A stretch of 64,000 bases of DNA from Phycisphaeraceae bacterium (GTDB lineage Bacteria > Planctomycetota > Phycisphaerae > Phycisphaerales > Phycisphaeraceae). Position 1 is the first letter of the stretch. Each line of letters opens with the position of its first letter. Of the stretch, positions 27,827-37,695 are shown piece after piece. The position numbers and the translations under genes were made by a program. The DNA is taken from contig OY771506.1 of assembly GCA_963674705.1 (NCBI GenBank), positions 3,232,001 to 3,296,000 of the forward strand, given 5' to 3'. The notes beneath the pieces are model-generated. The model worked only from the letters and a program-made list of their open reading frames with translations, ran no database searches and was not told where the DNA came from.

Positions 27827-29179
27827 TCAGAGTTCGTAGGTGTGCTTGATCCAAATTAGCGCCTCTTCGCGATCCATGACACGTTTTTCTAATTGGGCAT
27901 CATATACCGCATCCAGCATGTCGCCGATCTTAGGCCCGGCCGGGAATCCCATCCCTATCAGGTCATCACCGCTGACAAAGGGATTGGGGCAAACACCTTC
28001 CTCCCACAAAGGTTTAGAGTCCTGCTCAATCTGCCTGACGACCTGTTCGGGTCCAAGAACCTGGATCAGTTTCCAGGCATCCGCCCATGCGGGTCGCGAC
28101 AGCAGACGCTTACGCTTGGCCACGCTCAGTGTCGACCAGATCGACGCCTCAGGTAATACATCCAGGATCTGGCTCAGCAGGTCCCGTACATTGTTGCTCA
28201 GGCACAGGGCTTTGCGCCACTGGCCGGCTTTTTCCTTGCCGTGTTGCTCAACGTACTTCGCAGCGTCGGCCAGCGTTGCACTGGCGCTGCCACGATCCAG
28301 CATCCATGCCGATAACACCAGGCTGTAGGAGTGATCGATGCATGATTGTGTTGTTTGGTTGTTCGCGCTGGCAGACACGGGCAAATCGTAGAACCTGGTT
28401 TGGAACAAACCGCCAAGTGCATGAAGTTCAGCATCAATGTGAGGTTCTTCCAGCGTCGGGGCGTCGAGTTCCAGCCTCTGGATCAAGCCTGCGGCCTGGA
28501 CCGGTTGATTGCTTGTCAGCATCAGCATCAATTCCTGGCCGATCCTTTCGCGACTGATTTTTGTCAGTTTCGGTGCCGACTCACGGATCGCCGATTCGGT
28601 CACCGGGTCAATGGTAAAACCCAGCCTGGATGCGAACCGCGCCGCTCGCAGCATGCGCAGGTAATCTTCTCGGAAACGCTCGTTCGGATCGCCGATCGCA
28701 CGCAACACCTGATCTTCCAGATCTGCCCGGCCTCCCACAAAGTCGATTACACGTTCATGGCCCGACTCGACCGGTTCAAGTTGTTCATCCAGAGGATCGG
28801 CAAACAATCCGTTGACAGTGAAGTCACGCCGCTGTGCATCGTGCTCGGCATCCGTGAAGTTGACCCCCGTCGGTCGGCGTCCGTCTTCATAACCCCATTC
28901 GGTTCGGAACGTCGCGACCTCAATGCCCGGCGCGAACCGCCCGCCTATGTAAACGAGCACCACACCGAATGCTTCCCCGACATACTGGCTGCGGCGGAAA
29001 AGCTTCCGCACCTTTTCCGGCCGGGCTTCCGTGGCGATGTCATAATCCTTGGGTTCCAGCCCGAGCAGCACGTCGCGCACACACCCCCCAGCCAGATACG
29101 CTTCGTACCCGGCCTGCCGTAGGGTACGCACGATCTTGATCGCCCGGTCCCGCTGTTCCTGTCTTCGTCGCTTGGTCAT
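27827..29179 (-). CDS. cca: CCA tRNA nucleotidyltransferase (class II)
   Basis: GGCVRD, DYDIAT, RRDFTVN, EDYLRMLRAARF; lacks the poly(A) polymerase G[RK][RK]F signature; start MTKRR. Confidence 0.85.
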   Translation of the reverse strand: MTKRRRQEQRDRAIKIVRTLRQAGYEAYLAGGCVRDVLLGLEPKDYDIATEARPEKVRKLFRRSQYVGEAFGVVLVYIGGRFAPGIEVATFRTEWGYEDGRRPTGVNFTDAEHDAQRRDFTVNGLFADPLDEQLEPVESGHERVIDFVGGRADLEDQVLRAIGDPNERFREDYLRMLRAARFASRLGFTIDPVTESAIRESAPKLTKISRERIGQELMLMLTSNQPVQAAGLIQRLELDAPTLEEPHIDAELHALGGLFQTRFYDLPVSASANNQTTQSCIDHSYSLVLSAWMLDRGSASATLADAAKYVEQHGKEKAGQWRKALCLSNNVRDLLSQILDVLPEASIWSTLSVAKRKRLLSRPAWADAWKLIQVLGPEQVVRQIEQDSKPLWEEGVCPNPFVSGDDLIGMGFPAGPKIGDMLDAVYDAQLEKRVMDREEALIWIKHTYEL

Positions 29180-29271
29180 TGCCAAAAGTGTAACCGAGAC
29201 TCAGCCAAACATAACGCTGAGTCTCGGTCCACTCTGGTAGACGTAACCGTATTGTGATTCTGATCGTGAAA

Positions 29272-30375
29272 TCAGGTAGTTGCAGGCCATCGTTTCAGCC
29301 AGCAATACATGACGGGAGGGATCATCACGATCAGGCTGCCAGCCTCGGGTAACGCTGCCAGATTGGAGGGTGCGGTGCCTTGATTCCAGTTAGCTAGGAT
29401 GAGATCCAGATCATCCAGGCCGATGAAGCCATCTCCATCGGCATCACCTGAGAAAAAATCGCCGGATGTGACATCCGTATTCCAATGGGTCAGGATCAGG
29501 TCCAGGTCGTCCATGCCCACGTAGCCGTCACCGTTCAGGTCGCCGGCGATGTAATCCGCGAAGATGACCGAATAAATCCATTCCAGGTAGTCGCTGACAC
29601 GTGTTGCCCCCATGATGTCGCCGTAGTCTGAATCGATGTTCCCATCGGTGGCATAGCCGAAGGAGGTGACGCCGGCCAGATAACTCACGCTGTCTTCTTC
29701 AATGAACCATCCGCCGCCACTATCGCCCGGTGCAGCGAGATACTCCAGGTCCAGACAGATCGCTTTCCCGGTGGCGTTCGGATCAGGATAATCAAAGTCT
29801 GCCATAAGGCTGTGTTCGGAATACCCGATCACATCACCGAGTCCGCCGATGAGGTTGTTACCGGCCCGCTTTGTACCCGCATCGTAGATATAGCCAGTCA
29901 TCCCCGTACCTGTTGCACCATAGCCAACGATCGTCGCCTCGCTGCCGACTTCGTCATCGCCTGTGTACAGCAGAGCAGGGATGACTGAATCAACAACCTC
30001 TTCAAGACGAACCAATGCCAGGTCACCCGCGATCGAGACGTCCCCCGTCCAGCCGTCATACGCAATCATTTCAGTGACGTTGTACGTAGTGCCATCAACC
30101 GTGAAAGTCATACTGTCGACGGTTGCATCATCAATCACATGCCCGGCGGTCAAGACCCAATCACCCGAGATGAGAGTGCCCGATGCTAATCCGCTGCTGC
30201 CACCATCGAGCGACCACAGGAACATCCCGACCGCGTCGTAGGCTTCCTCGGCCGCCAACGCGGTGTAGAGCGAATCGGATACGTCATGGCGGATCGTTCC
30301 CGCTTGGGTGTTTTTTGCTGCGAGTAGTGCGAATGTTGTAACGACTGCCAATAAAATGCGATTATGTAAAGACAT
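29272..30375 (-). CDS. Secreted trypsin-like serine protease with dockerin-like tail and PEP-CTERM-like end
   Basis: WVLTAGH, GDLALVRL, GDSGG catalytic triad; two DxxGDG..G.DDLD repeats; LPEA-TM-KR. Confidence 0.92.
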   Translation of the reverse strand: MSLHNRILLAVVTTFALLAAKNTQAGTIRHDVSDSLYTALAAEEAYDAVGMFLWSLDGGSSGLASGTLISGDWVLTAGHVIDDATVDSMTFTVDGTTYNVTEMIAYDGWTGDVSIAGDLALVRLEEVVDSVIPALLYTGDDEVGSEATIVGYGATGTGMTGYIYDAGTKRAGNNLIGGLGDVIGYSEHSLMADFDYPDPNATGKAICLDLEYLAAPGDSGGGWFIEEDSVSYLAGVTSFGYATDGNIDSDYGDIMGATRVSDYLEWIYSVIFADYIAGDLNGDGYVGMDDLDLILTHWNTDVTSGDFFSGDADGDGFIGLDDLDLILANWNQGTAPSNLAALPEAGSLIVMIPPVMYCWLKRWPATT

Positions 30376-30561
30376 ACGATAACCTCTCTAATACGGGCGG
30401 CCCCGTTGTTAGCAATGAGAGTTTTAGGTTGTGTCTTGTGCTTACTAACAGGTAGTCGCCACCCACCTGCCAATCACAAGCCGGGGGCCACGACATAGCC
30501 AAGAAATGTCGGATTACACCGATTACTCACACTTGAGGAGGATAGAACGGCCTTAACCGGC

Positions 30562-31374
30562 TTAACGAGCCCGTAACGCCAGACCGAGCAGGCCCAGCAG
30601 GATCAATGTGGACGGTTCAGGAACGACCGCGGCTGCAGGTGTGCCTTGGTTCCAATGATTCAACACCCAGTCCAGATCGTCCAGACCAACAAAGCCGTCG
30701 CCATTGCTGTCACCCGCAGGCGGATTAAGGGGGCCGGTGTCAGCGTTCCAGTTGTTGAGCACGGTATCCAGGTCATCCAGCCCGACGAAGCCATCGAGCG
30801 AAAGGTCGCCCGCCTGATGCGTGATCTTGAATGTGACGTTCAACTCATCCACAGCAAGTGGATCACCGGAAGCATCCGTGAGCACGGTATCAGTACCGAG
30901 GTCGAATGTGTGTTCACCAACGGATGCGTCAGTGTTGATGGTGAATTTGAAGTATTGAAGATCGCCCACTTTGTTTATGACCATATTCGCGGGATTTACC
31001 AGTCTGCCCGATGCTTCACCGGGCGCAAGAAGTGTCTCGAACACCATCAAATTGCCCTCAAAAAAGTCACGGCCTGCATCGGGTTTGTCATACGCCGCAC
31101 CGAGACCGCCGGGAATCAACTGCATCCAGTCCGGCAGATACAATGAATACTGAGCGCCCCATGTAGCCTCGCCATTTAACGGCCGATTGTCAGCGAACAC
31201 CCACACTGTGTACACCGTCGTTCCGTCGGCAACCATCACGCTGTTTTCCGCATAGGTACCGACGATCGCGCTGCCGTGAGCTTGCGGTATCAACAACCAT
31301 GACATCGCACAGACACTCAGACAGCAGACAAAAACAACACGCCGGGTCAGAACGGAAGTTGATTGGCCTTGCAT
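30562..31374 (-). CDS. PEP-CTERM protein with cohesin-like beta-sandwich and dockerin-like tail
   Basis: GDLQYFKFTINTDASVGEHTFDLGTDTVLTDASGDPL resembles cohesin C-terminal strands; dockerin repeats; VPEP-TM-RAR. Confidence 0.8.
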   Translation of the reverse strand: MQGQSTSVLTRRVVFVCCLSVCAMSWLLIPQAHGSAIVGTYAENSVMVADGTTVYTVWVFADNRPLNGEATWGAQYSLYLPDWMQLIPGGLGAAYDKPDAGRDFFEGNLMVFETLLAPGEASGRLVNPANMVINKVGDLQYFKFTINTDASVGEHTFDLGTDTVLTDASGDPLAVDELNVTFKITHQAGDLSLDGFVGLDDLDTVLNNWNADTGPLNPPAGDSNGDGFVGLDDLDWVLNHWNQGTPAAAVVPEPSTLILLGLLGLALRAR

Positions 31375-31803
31375 TTTTCTCCCTCCAGCTAACCAGATAT
31401 GTGAGCACCGCAGTCAACGGGCTTGTTTCTGCGATGTGATTTGTGCCCCTTATTATCCAGAGCTCGACATCATCGCTCAAGAAAAAAATGACCGAACTGT
31501 CTCTTTAATAACAGATAGAGGGTAGAAACAGCGATTTTTTTTGCTTCTCAGGTAACAAAGTTTCAAATGGCGGCTGTTACAGGTCTCGTGGTAAAACCTG
31601 GCAGAATCCGGCTGCATACGCAGCATCGTTTGCCGGTTAACAAGTTACTGTTTCAGTGAAGTTCTCCAGGTTGCCCAAATCTCATAACTGTCTTTTTCAT
31701 CTGGTCTTGCTAATTAAAATCAGGCTGTTGAAATCGGGCAATATCGTGGTATGACATGCTTATCCGTGTTAAACTTATGGCGTATGTGCTATGGAGGGAC
31801 TGC

Positions 31804-33210
31804 GTGCAATTTAAGAAGTTATCTGTTGTAAGTGCTGTGGTCGTTTCCTCGGCTATGCTGGCGTTGCCTGCCTCATCTGTTGCTGAACAGACGCTTCTCT
31901 GGAGCGACGAGTTTGACGGCACGTCGCTGGATACCACCAAGTGGGACGTCGTCGACCAGGAAGACTGGTACGACGCCTGGTACGCGCCGCACAACGTGGA
32001 AGTCTCCGACGGCACACTCAAACTGCACTCTCAGGAAGAACTCTACAACGGCAAGCACTGGACCGGCGCTAAACTCGAAGGCACGTACCACCCTGAGTAT
32101 GCATACCTCGAAGCCCGCGTCAGACACTCAGCCGCCGATGCACATATCTGGTCCGCCTGGTGGACCATCGGCTGGGAAAACAATACCTGGAAGTGGCCCC
32201 CGGAATTCGACATCTTCGAGTTCGGCACGCAGTTCGGCGACAGCCCCTTGCAGACCTACCACTGGGACGTCGGCTACGGCCACGATCAGGATGGTAACTT
32301 CACCTACCTCGACGAAACCGAATGGCACACCTACGGCGTCTACTGGACCGAAACACAGTCCGCTGTGTTCTATGTAGACGGGCAGATCTCCTACGTGGTG
32401 AACGGTCCGGCTGAAGGTGCGCAGATGCCAGCGTTCATGCTGCTCAGTTCTTCACCCAACCGTGATGATCACTACAGCGGCAACCTGCTGGCCGACCTCG
32501 AAGTTGATTATGTCCGCGTGTACGATCAGCCGCCTGTGCAGCCTCAGCCCGAAGAACATATCGCATTGAATAAACCCGCGGTCGCTTCTTCGACACAGGC
32601 CGGCGACTTCAACGTATCCAACGTCTTCGATGGCGATACCTCCTCACGCTGGGCAAGCGACTGGAGCGATCCGCAATGGATCCGCGTCGACCTTCAAGAC
32701 ACGTACGAAATCGATAAGGTCCGCTTGTTGTGGGAAACAGCGCTCGGCAAGGAATACAAGATCCAGGTTGCGGACGATCCCAACGGGCCTTGGACCGACG
32801 GCATCCATGTGACCAACAACGGCATCGCCGGCTGGGTCACGCACGAATTTGCACCCGTGACCGGCAGATACGTCAGGTTCTATGGCATGCAACGCGGCAC
32901 CGGATGGGGCTACTCGCTCTACGAATTCGAAGTCTACGGCGACCTGGCCTCGCAACTACTCGGTGATATCAACGGCGACGGATTCGTCGGCCTGGACGAC
33001 CTGGACATGATCCTCAATACGTGGAATACCACTGTTTCCGCAGGTGATGCGGCTGATCCCTCAGGCGACGGTTACGTCGGGCTTGATGACCTGGATATCG
33101 TGTTGAGCAATTGGAATGCGGGTACCCCGCCTGCTGACAACGTCCCCGAACCCGCCGGTTTGGTTCTGCTGGGTATCTCCGCTTTGTTGATCAATAACAG
33201 GCGTCGCTGA
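31804..33210 (+). CDS. GH16 glycoside hydrolase + F5/8 type C (CBM32) + dockerin + PEP-CTERM
   Basis: WSDEFDG, catalytic WPPEFDIFE, WHTYGV.W; ALNKP..ASS, DGD..SRWAS, YSLYEFEV; GTG start after GGAGG. Confidence 0.93.
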   Translation: MQFKKLSVVSAVVVSSAMLALPASSVAEQTLLWSDEFDGTSLDTTKWDVVDQEDWYDAWYAPHNVEVSDGTLKLHSQEELYNGKHWTGAKLEGTYHPEYAYLEARVRHSAADAHIWSAWWTIGWENNTWKWPPEFDIFEFGTQFGDSPLQTYHWDVGYGHDQDGNFTYLDETEWHTYGVYWTETQSAVFYVDGQISYVVNGPAEGAQMPAFMLLSSSPNRDDHYSGNLLADLEVDYVRVYDQPPVQPQPEEHIALNKPAVASSTQAGDFNVSNVFDGDTSSRWASDWSDPQWIRVDLQDTYEIDKVRLLWETALGKEYKIQVADDPNGPWTDGIHVTNNGIAGWVTHEFAPVTGRYVRFYGMQRGTGWGYSLYEFEVYGDLASQLLGDINGDGFVGLDDLDMILNTWNTTVSAGDAADPSGDGYVGLDDLDIVLSNWNAGTPPADNVPEPAGLVLLGISALLINNRRR

Positions 33211-33228
33211 ATCTCGGAAAAAAGAAAA

Positions 33229-34020
33229 TCAAAATACACGTATCAGCGAGCTTCTTTGTTCGCCGATCACTTTGCCATTTTCTTTCTGGATGAGCGTGAC
33301 GCCGTTGCCCAGGTTGTAGGGGAACTTCTCTTGCAACTCGTGGATACGCGGGGCGTACGTGTCGTGTGTCCCGGCTGAGACAAACGCTTGCTCGTAGCTG
33401 AACACGCCGATCGCGATGATCGAGCGGAACGGCCCGTGGTAGTAGTAGGCCTCATTTCCTTCTTCACGCAGCGCTCGTGCGGCTTCCTCCGCCGCGGCTC
33501 GGAAGTCGCCCTCATAATTCTTGTCATAGAAACCGATCTGCAGTGAGTAGTAGCCTACAAATTGCGCCAAATCCAGCGGATCGGAAATGACACGCCCGGT
33601 CCCTATTAGCGGAACGAGCTGAGCATCTTTGAACGGCTTCTTGTCATTGATCTGCACCGACTGGATACGCGACAGCGTCGGCCGGATCAGCGGGTCTGAA
33701 GCGCTGTTGAACCTGCCTTGGAACACACTGGCCACCTCGCCCGTATCCTCGATCCACAACTCCGCAACAGCCGCGCTGTTCCTGATCTGCTCGATTGATT
33801 CGCGTGCATTTTCGATACGATCCCGGCCGGTGAATTCGGCAACCTGGATGGACCAGGTATCGTTCTGTTGCCCGCCATTGCCTTGGGCGTTTTGCCTGGG
33901 TTTCGGATCGGCGGGGAAGTCGTCCCAACTGCTGCGGACTACCCGGATCTCCGGTTCGCAGCCTGCCAGCACAAGCAGGATCGCCAGACACATCAAAATC
34001 AGGGGGCGGTTTTTGAGCAT
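33229..34020 (-). CDS. Hypothetical lipoprotein with two SPOR-like repeats
   Basis: Lipobox LAGC; WSIQV...GRF and YSLQI...GVF alpha/beta repeats. Confidence 0.7.
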   Translation of the reverse strand: MLKNRPLILMCLAILLVLAGCEPEIRVVRSSWDDFPADPKPRQNAQGNGGQQNDTWSIQVAEFTGRDRIENARESIEQIRNSAAVAELWIEDTGEVASVFQGRFNSASDPLIRPTLSRIQSVQINDKKPFKDAQLVPLIGTGRVISDPLDLAQFVGYYSLQIGFYDKNYEGDFRAAAEEAARALREEGNEAYYYHGPFRSIIAIGVFSYEQAFVSAGTHDTYAPRIHELQEKFPYNLGNGVTLIQKENGKVIGEQRSSLIRVF

Positions 34021-34112
34021 ATTGCGTTTTGCCGGCTTGCGGCCACGGGGTGGGTTACCCGGATTCTAACACTGTTCCATCCATATGTCCGCACCGGCCG
34101 AAAAAGTTGGAC

Positions 34113-34154
34113 TTGACCTGCCAGCCAGTCGATCTATTATTTAATCCGGATTAA
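34113..34154 (+). promoter_or_regulatory. Sigma70 promoter with downstream palindromic operator for sahR-ahcY
   Basis: TTGACC(34113)-16 nt-TATTAT(34135), then perfect palindrome TTAATCCGGATTAA 34141-34154, 3 nt before the ATG. Confidence 0.7.
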
Positions 34155-34157
34155 CTG

Positions 34158-35114
34158 ATGGATGCCCAAACCACCCAACCTGACACCCTTCTGGGCTGGA
34201 TGGCCAGCCTGGCAGACGCTACCCGCCTCCGCCTGCTGAGGCTTGTGGAGCGCCATGAATTGGCCGTCTCCGACCTCTGTGACGTCCTGCAGCTGCCCCA
34301 ATCCACCGTCAGCAGGCACCTGAAGCTCTTGGGAGATGAGGGCTGGACCGTCAACCGACGTCGGGGCACGACGAACCTCTACCGCATGGTGCTGGACGAA
34401 TTAGGGCCCGCACAACGGCAGATGTGGCTGCTGGCACGTGAACAGACCAAAGGCTGGGCTGCGATCGAGCAGGACAAGTTGCGCGTCACCGAAAGGCTGC
34501 GCCAGCGCAAAAGCTCAGCCCAGGACTTCTTCGCCGACGCCGCCGATCAATGGGACAAGCTCCGCGAGCAAATATACGGCCCGACGTTCGGCATGCATGC
34601 GCTGCTGGCGCTATTACCCGACGATTGGATCGTTGCCGACCTCGGCTGCGGCACCGGATCATTAACCCTTGAGCTGGCGCGTCACGTCAAGCAGGTCATC
34701 GGCGTCGACAACACGCCTGCCATGCTCGAAGCGGCACATGCACGCATCGCTGATGCAGACAATATCGAACTGCGCGAAGGTGCCATCGAATCGTTGCCGA
34801 TAGACGATCAGGCATGTGATGCAGCGCTGATGGTGCTGGTGCTTTCTTACCTGCACGAGGTTAGCCCGGCATTGAACGAGATGTGGCGGATCATCAAACC
34901 CGGCGGCAAAGCAGTGATCGTCGATGTCATGCGCCACGACCGCGATGATTTTCGCCGTGAGATGGGACAACACTCAATGGGCTTCGACCATGATGAAGTC
35001 TGCACATTGCTGGAAGAAGCGGGTTTTGCTTCACCGCACTGCACACCCATCCCCCCACACCCGGATGCGAAAGGCCCCGCATTGTTGTTAGCGACAGCGA
35101 TGAAGCCAACGTAA
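34158..35114 (+). CDS. sahR: ArsR-family HTH fused to SAM-dependent methyltransferase (SahR-type regulator)
   Basis: LADATRLRLL, QSTVSRHLK.L, VADLGCGTG; directly upstream of ahcY. Confidence 0.88.
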   Translation: MDAQTTQPDTLLGWMASLADATRLRLLRLVERHELAVSDLCDVLQLPQSTVSRHLKLLGDEGWTVNRRRGTTNLYRMVLDELGPAQRQMWLLAREQTKGWAAIEQDKLRVTERLRQRKSSAQDFFADAADQWDKLREQIYGPTFGMHALLALLPDDWIVADLGCGTGSLTLELARHVKQVIGVDNTPAMLEAAHARIADADNIELREGAIESLPIDDQACDAALMVLVLSYLHEVSPALNEMWRIIKPGGKAVIVDVMRHDRDDFRREMGQHSMGFDHDEVCTLLEEAGFASPHCTPIPPHPDAKGPALLLATAMKPT

Positions 35115-35125
35115 TAACAACGCTG

Positions 35126-35154
35126 GCGCGCCGGCCGGCAGCCGGCGGCTATTG
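35126..35154. repeat. 29-bp GC-rich REP-like unit (inverted copy at 37562-37590)
   Basis: GCGCGCCGGCCGGCAGCCGGCGGCTATTG; 1 mismatch to the reverse complement of 37562-37590. Confidence 0.8.
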
Positions 35155-35221
35155 AAAAAGAAAATAAGTTTCTTGCACCCTACACCCTAAAACCAAGACC
35201 CCAGACCCAAAGGATTTACCC

Positions 35222-36727
35222 ATGACAGCGACCGCGACCGAGCCCTGTTCGATAACCAAGACAGGCAACCTCGAATACAAGATCAAGGACATCAGCCTGG
35301 CCGAGTGGGGCCGCAAGGAGCTGGACCTCGCCGAAGCCGAAATGCCCGGCCTGATGGCAGTGCGTGAAGAGTTCGGCCCCAGCAAGCCGCTGGCCGGTCA
35401 GCGCATCATGGGTTCGCTGCATATGACCGTGCAGACGGCCGTGCTGATCGAAACACTCGTCGAACTAGGCGCTGATGTCCGCTGGGTCTCCTGCAACATC
35501 TTCTCTACGCAGGACCACGCCGCCGCGGCGATCGTCGTCGGTAAGAACGGCACGCCTGAAAACCCGAAAGGAATCCCCGTCTTCGCATGGAAGGGCGAAA
35601 CCCTCGAAGAGTACTGGTGGTGCACCGACCAGGCGCTGCGCTTCCCCGGCGGCTATGGCCCGACGCAGATCGTCGATGATGGCGGCGACGCGACGCTGCT
35701 CATCCACAAGGGCTATCAGTTCGAAGAAGCCGGCAGCGTGCCCGGCCCTGAGACCACCGACAACGAAGAGTTCAAGGAAGTACTCAAGCTCCTCGGCCGA
35801 TGCTTCGAAGAAGACCCGAAGCGCTGGCACAACGTCGCCGCTGCATGCAAAGGCGTCAGCGAAGAAACCACCACCGGCGTTCACCGGCTCTACGAAATGC
35901 AGAAAAACGGTACACTCTTGTTCCCCGCCGTCAACGTCAACGACTCCGTCACCAAGAGCAAGTTCGACAACCTATACGGCTGCCGCCACTCGCTCATCGA
36001 CGGGCTCAACCGCGCCACCGACGTCATGATGTCCGGCAAGGTCGCCGTCGTCTGCGGTTATGGCGACGTCGGCAAGGGTTGCTGCCAGTCCTTGAAAGGC
36101 CAGGGCGCTCGCGTCATCGTGAATGAGATCGACCCGATCTGTGCCCTGCAAGCCGCGATGGAAGGTTATGAAGTCAAGCCGCTCGAAGACTGCCTCGACT
36201 TCGCTGACATCTACATCACGACCACCGGCAACTTCAACATCATCACCGCCGACCATATGTCCAAGATGAAGGACGGCGCGATCGTCGGCAACATCGGTCA
36301 CTTCGATAACGAAATCGACATGGCCGGCCTCAAGAAGACCCCAGGCATCGTGAAGAAGAACATCAAGCCCCAGTACGATCAGTGGACATTCAAGGACGGC
36401 CACAGCGTGCTCATCCTCGCCGAAGGCCGCCTGCTCAACCTCGGCTGCGCGACGGGCCACCCCAGCTTCGTCATGAGCGCCAGCTTCACCAACCAGACGA
36501 TCGCTCAGATCGACCTCGCCCTGTACAGCAACGGCAAGGAAACGCTCTCCGGCGTCAAGTACGACAGCAACGCCGTCTACGTTTTGTCGAAAGTTCTCGA
36601 CGAAAAAGTCGCCCGCCTGCACCTGGACAAGCTCGGCGTCAAACTCACCAAGCTGACCCAGCAACAAGCCGACTACATCGGCGTCCCGATCGAAGGCCCC
36701 TACAAGCCGGATCACTACCGTTACTAA
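35222..36727 (+). CDS. ahcY: Adenosylhomocysteinase
   Basis: [58 protein letters not shown]. Confidence 0.98.
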   Translation: MTATATEPCSITKTGNLEYKIKDISLAEWGRKELDLAEAEMPGLMAVREEFGPSKPLAGQRIMGSLHMTVQTAVLIETLVELGADVRWVSCNIFSTQDHAAAAIVVGKNGTPENPKGIPVFAWKGETLEEYWWCTDQALRFPGGYGPTQIVDDGGDATLLIHKGYQFEEAGSVPGPETTDNEEFKEVLKLLGRCFEEDPKRWHNVAAACKGVSEETTTGVHRLYEMQKNGTLLFPAVNVNDSVTKSKFDNLYGCRHSLIDGLNRATDVMMSGKVAVVCGYGDVGKGCCQSLKGQGARVIVNEIDPICALQAAMEGYEVKPLEDCLDFADIYITTTGNFNIITADHMSKMKDGAIVGNIGHFDNEIDMAGLKKTPGIVKKNIKPQYDQWTFKDGHSVLILAEGRLLNLGCATGHPSFVMSASFTNQTIAQIDLALYSNGKETLSGVKYDSNAVYVLSKVLDEKVARLHLDKLGVKLTKLTQQQADYIGVPIEGPYKPDHYRY

Positions 36728-36764
36728 GCCAATATTTGCTGTTCAGTAAAAAAAACAAACTTCC

Positions 36765-36793
36765 AAGCCCGAGAGCAATCTCGGGCTTTTTTT
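36765..36793 (+). terminator. Rho-independent terminator after ahcY
   Basis: AAGCCCGAGA-GCAA-TCTCGGGCTT followed by a T run. Confidence 0.9.
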
Positions 36794-36853
36794 GTGTCTT
36801 AAGATATGCGATACTGGATGTGTGATTGATTCTTCTTGATTAGGGGGTTTGTT

Positions 36854-37531
36854 GTGTCAGATTCTTCATGTCAGCAATTCTCAGTTGTCCGTGTCATCAT
36901 CGGTGCGGTTGTCGTTGGAGCGTTTATTATCCTCCTGCTTCCTACCATATTCCAAGGTCATGGTAATGATCATCCTCGTGTATATGACTTATCCAACGTA
37001 CGACAAATCAATGTGGGTTTAACCTGGTATGTAGTAGATTACAAAGGTCATGGTTCCGGAATCGATATGGATGGCATCCTGAGCGATCCGAAAGTCGAGA
37101 ACCGCTACAGCCTGATCATGGAATACATCGGAACGTCTGATTGCCTTATCAGCCGATACGAGTACGACGAGAAAATGCCTTGGTCTTCCGGTCCGGTTAC
37201 GAGCGACCATTACTCCTACGCCATGCTCCAACTACCTGAATCAGGCGGTCGCCTGTCACTGTGGAGCGATCAAGCTGGCAAGGATGTCGTATGGATTTCC
37301 GGCAGGAATACCGGCAACAACGCCAACTCGCAGGTTGATAGCCTGCAAACAGACGATCCCGGTTCCTGGCACGGCCCCGTCGGTTGGGGAGACGGGCATG
37401 TAACACAAGAAGAAGATCAATACGTGGACACGAGATACACGGTCGGAAGCAATACCCCGTTATACAAAGACGACAACCTCTTCGAAGCTGTCAGCGAAGA
37501 CGACGCCTACATGATCTACACCGGCAACTGA
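36854..37531 (+). CDS. Pilin-like/DUF1559-related protein with degenerate prepilin leader
   Basis: QFSVVRVIIGAVVVGAFIILLLP, SNVRQI..G, SYAM, WHGPVGWGDGHV; GTG after AGGGGG. Confidence 0.7.
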   Translation: MSDSSCQQFSVVRVIIGAVVVGAFIILLLPTIFQGHGNDHPRVYDLSNVRQINVGLTWYVVDYKGHGSGIDMDGILSDPKVENRYSLIMEYIGTSDCLISRYEYDEKMPWSSGPVTSDHYSYAMLQLPESGGRLSLWSDQAGKDVVWISGRNTGNNANSQVDSLQTDDPGSWHGPVGWGDGHVTQEEDQYVDTRYTVGSNTPLYKDDNLFEAVSEDDAYMIYTGN

Positions 37532-37561
37532 GCTTCAACCTATCGCTACACAATCACAAGC

Positions 37562-37590
37562 CAATAGCCGCCGGCTGCCAGCCGGCGCGC
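37562..37590. repeat. 29-bp GC-rich REP-like unit (inverted copy at 35126-35154)
   Basis: CAATAGCCGCCGGCTGCCAGCCGGCGCGC. Confidence 0.8.
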
Positions 37591-37695
37591 ACCTCTTAAC
37601 CTGCACGCACTTCTCAATACAACCAACAACACCGCAACATTAGCACACAAACATAACTTAATATATCCTGTCGTTTTTCCATCCCGGAGGATCAT

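Noticed and set aside
30536..30549. 14-nt match AGGAGGATAGAACG to the ribosome-binding region of the 48711 gene
   Set aside because: Not followed by a start codon or ORF on that strand; too short to distinguish from chance or a remnant
35115..35221. SAH or SAM riboswitch upstream of ahcY
   Set aside because: The spacer is explained by a REP-like hairpin and heptamer units; no riboswitch consensus recognised (an Rfam scan would settle it)
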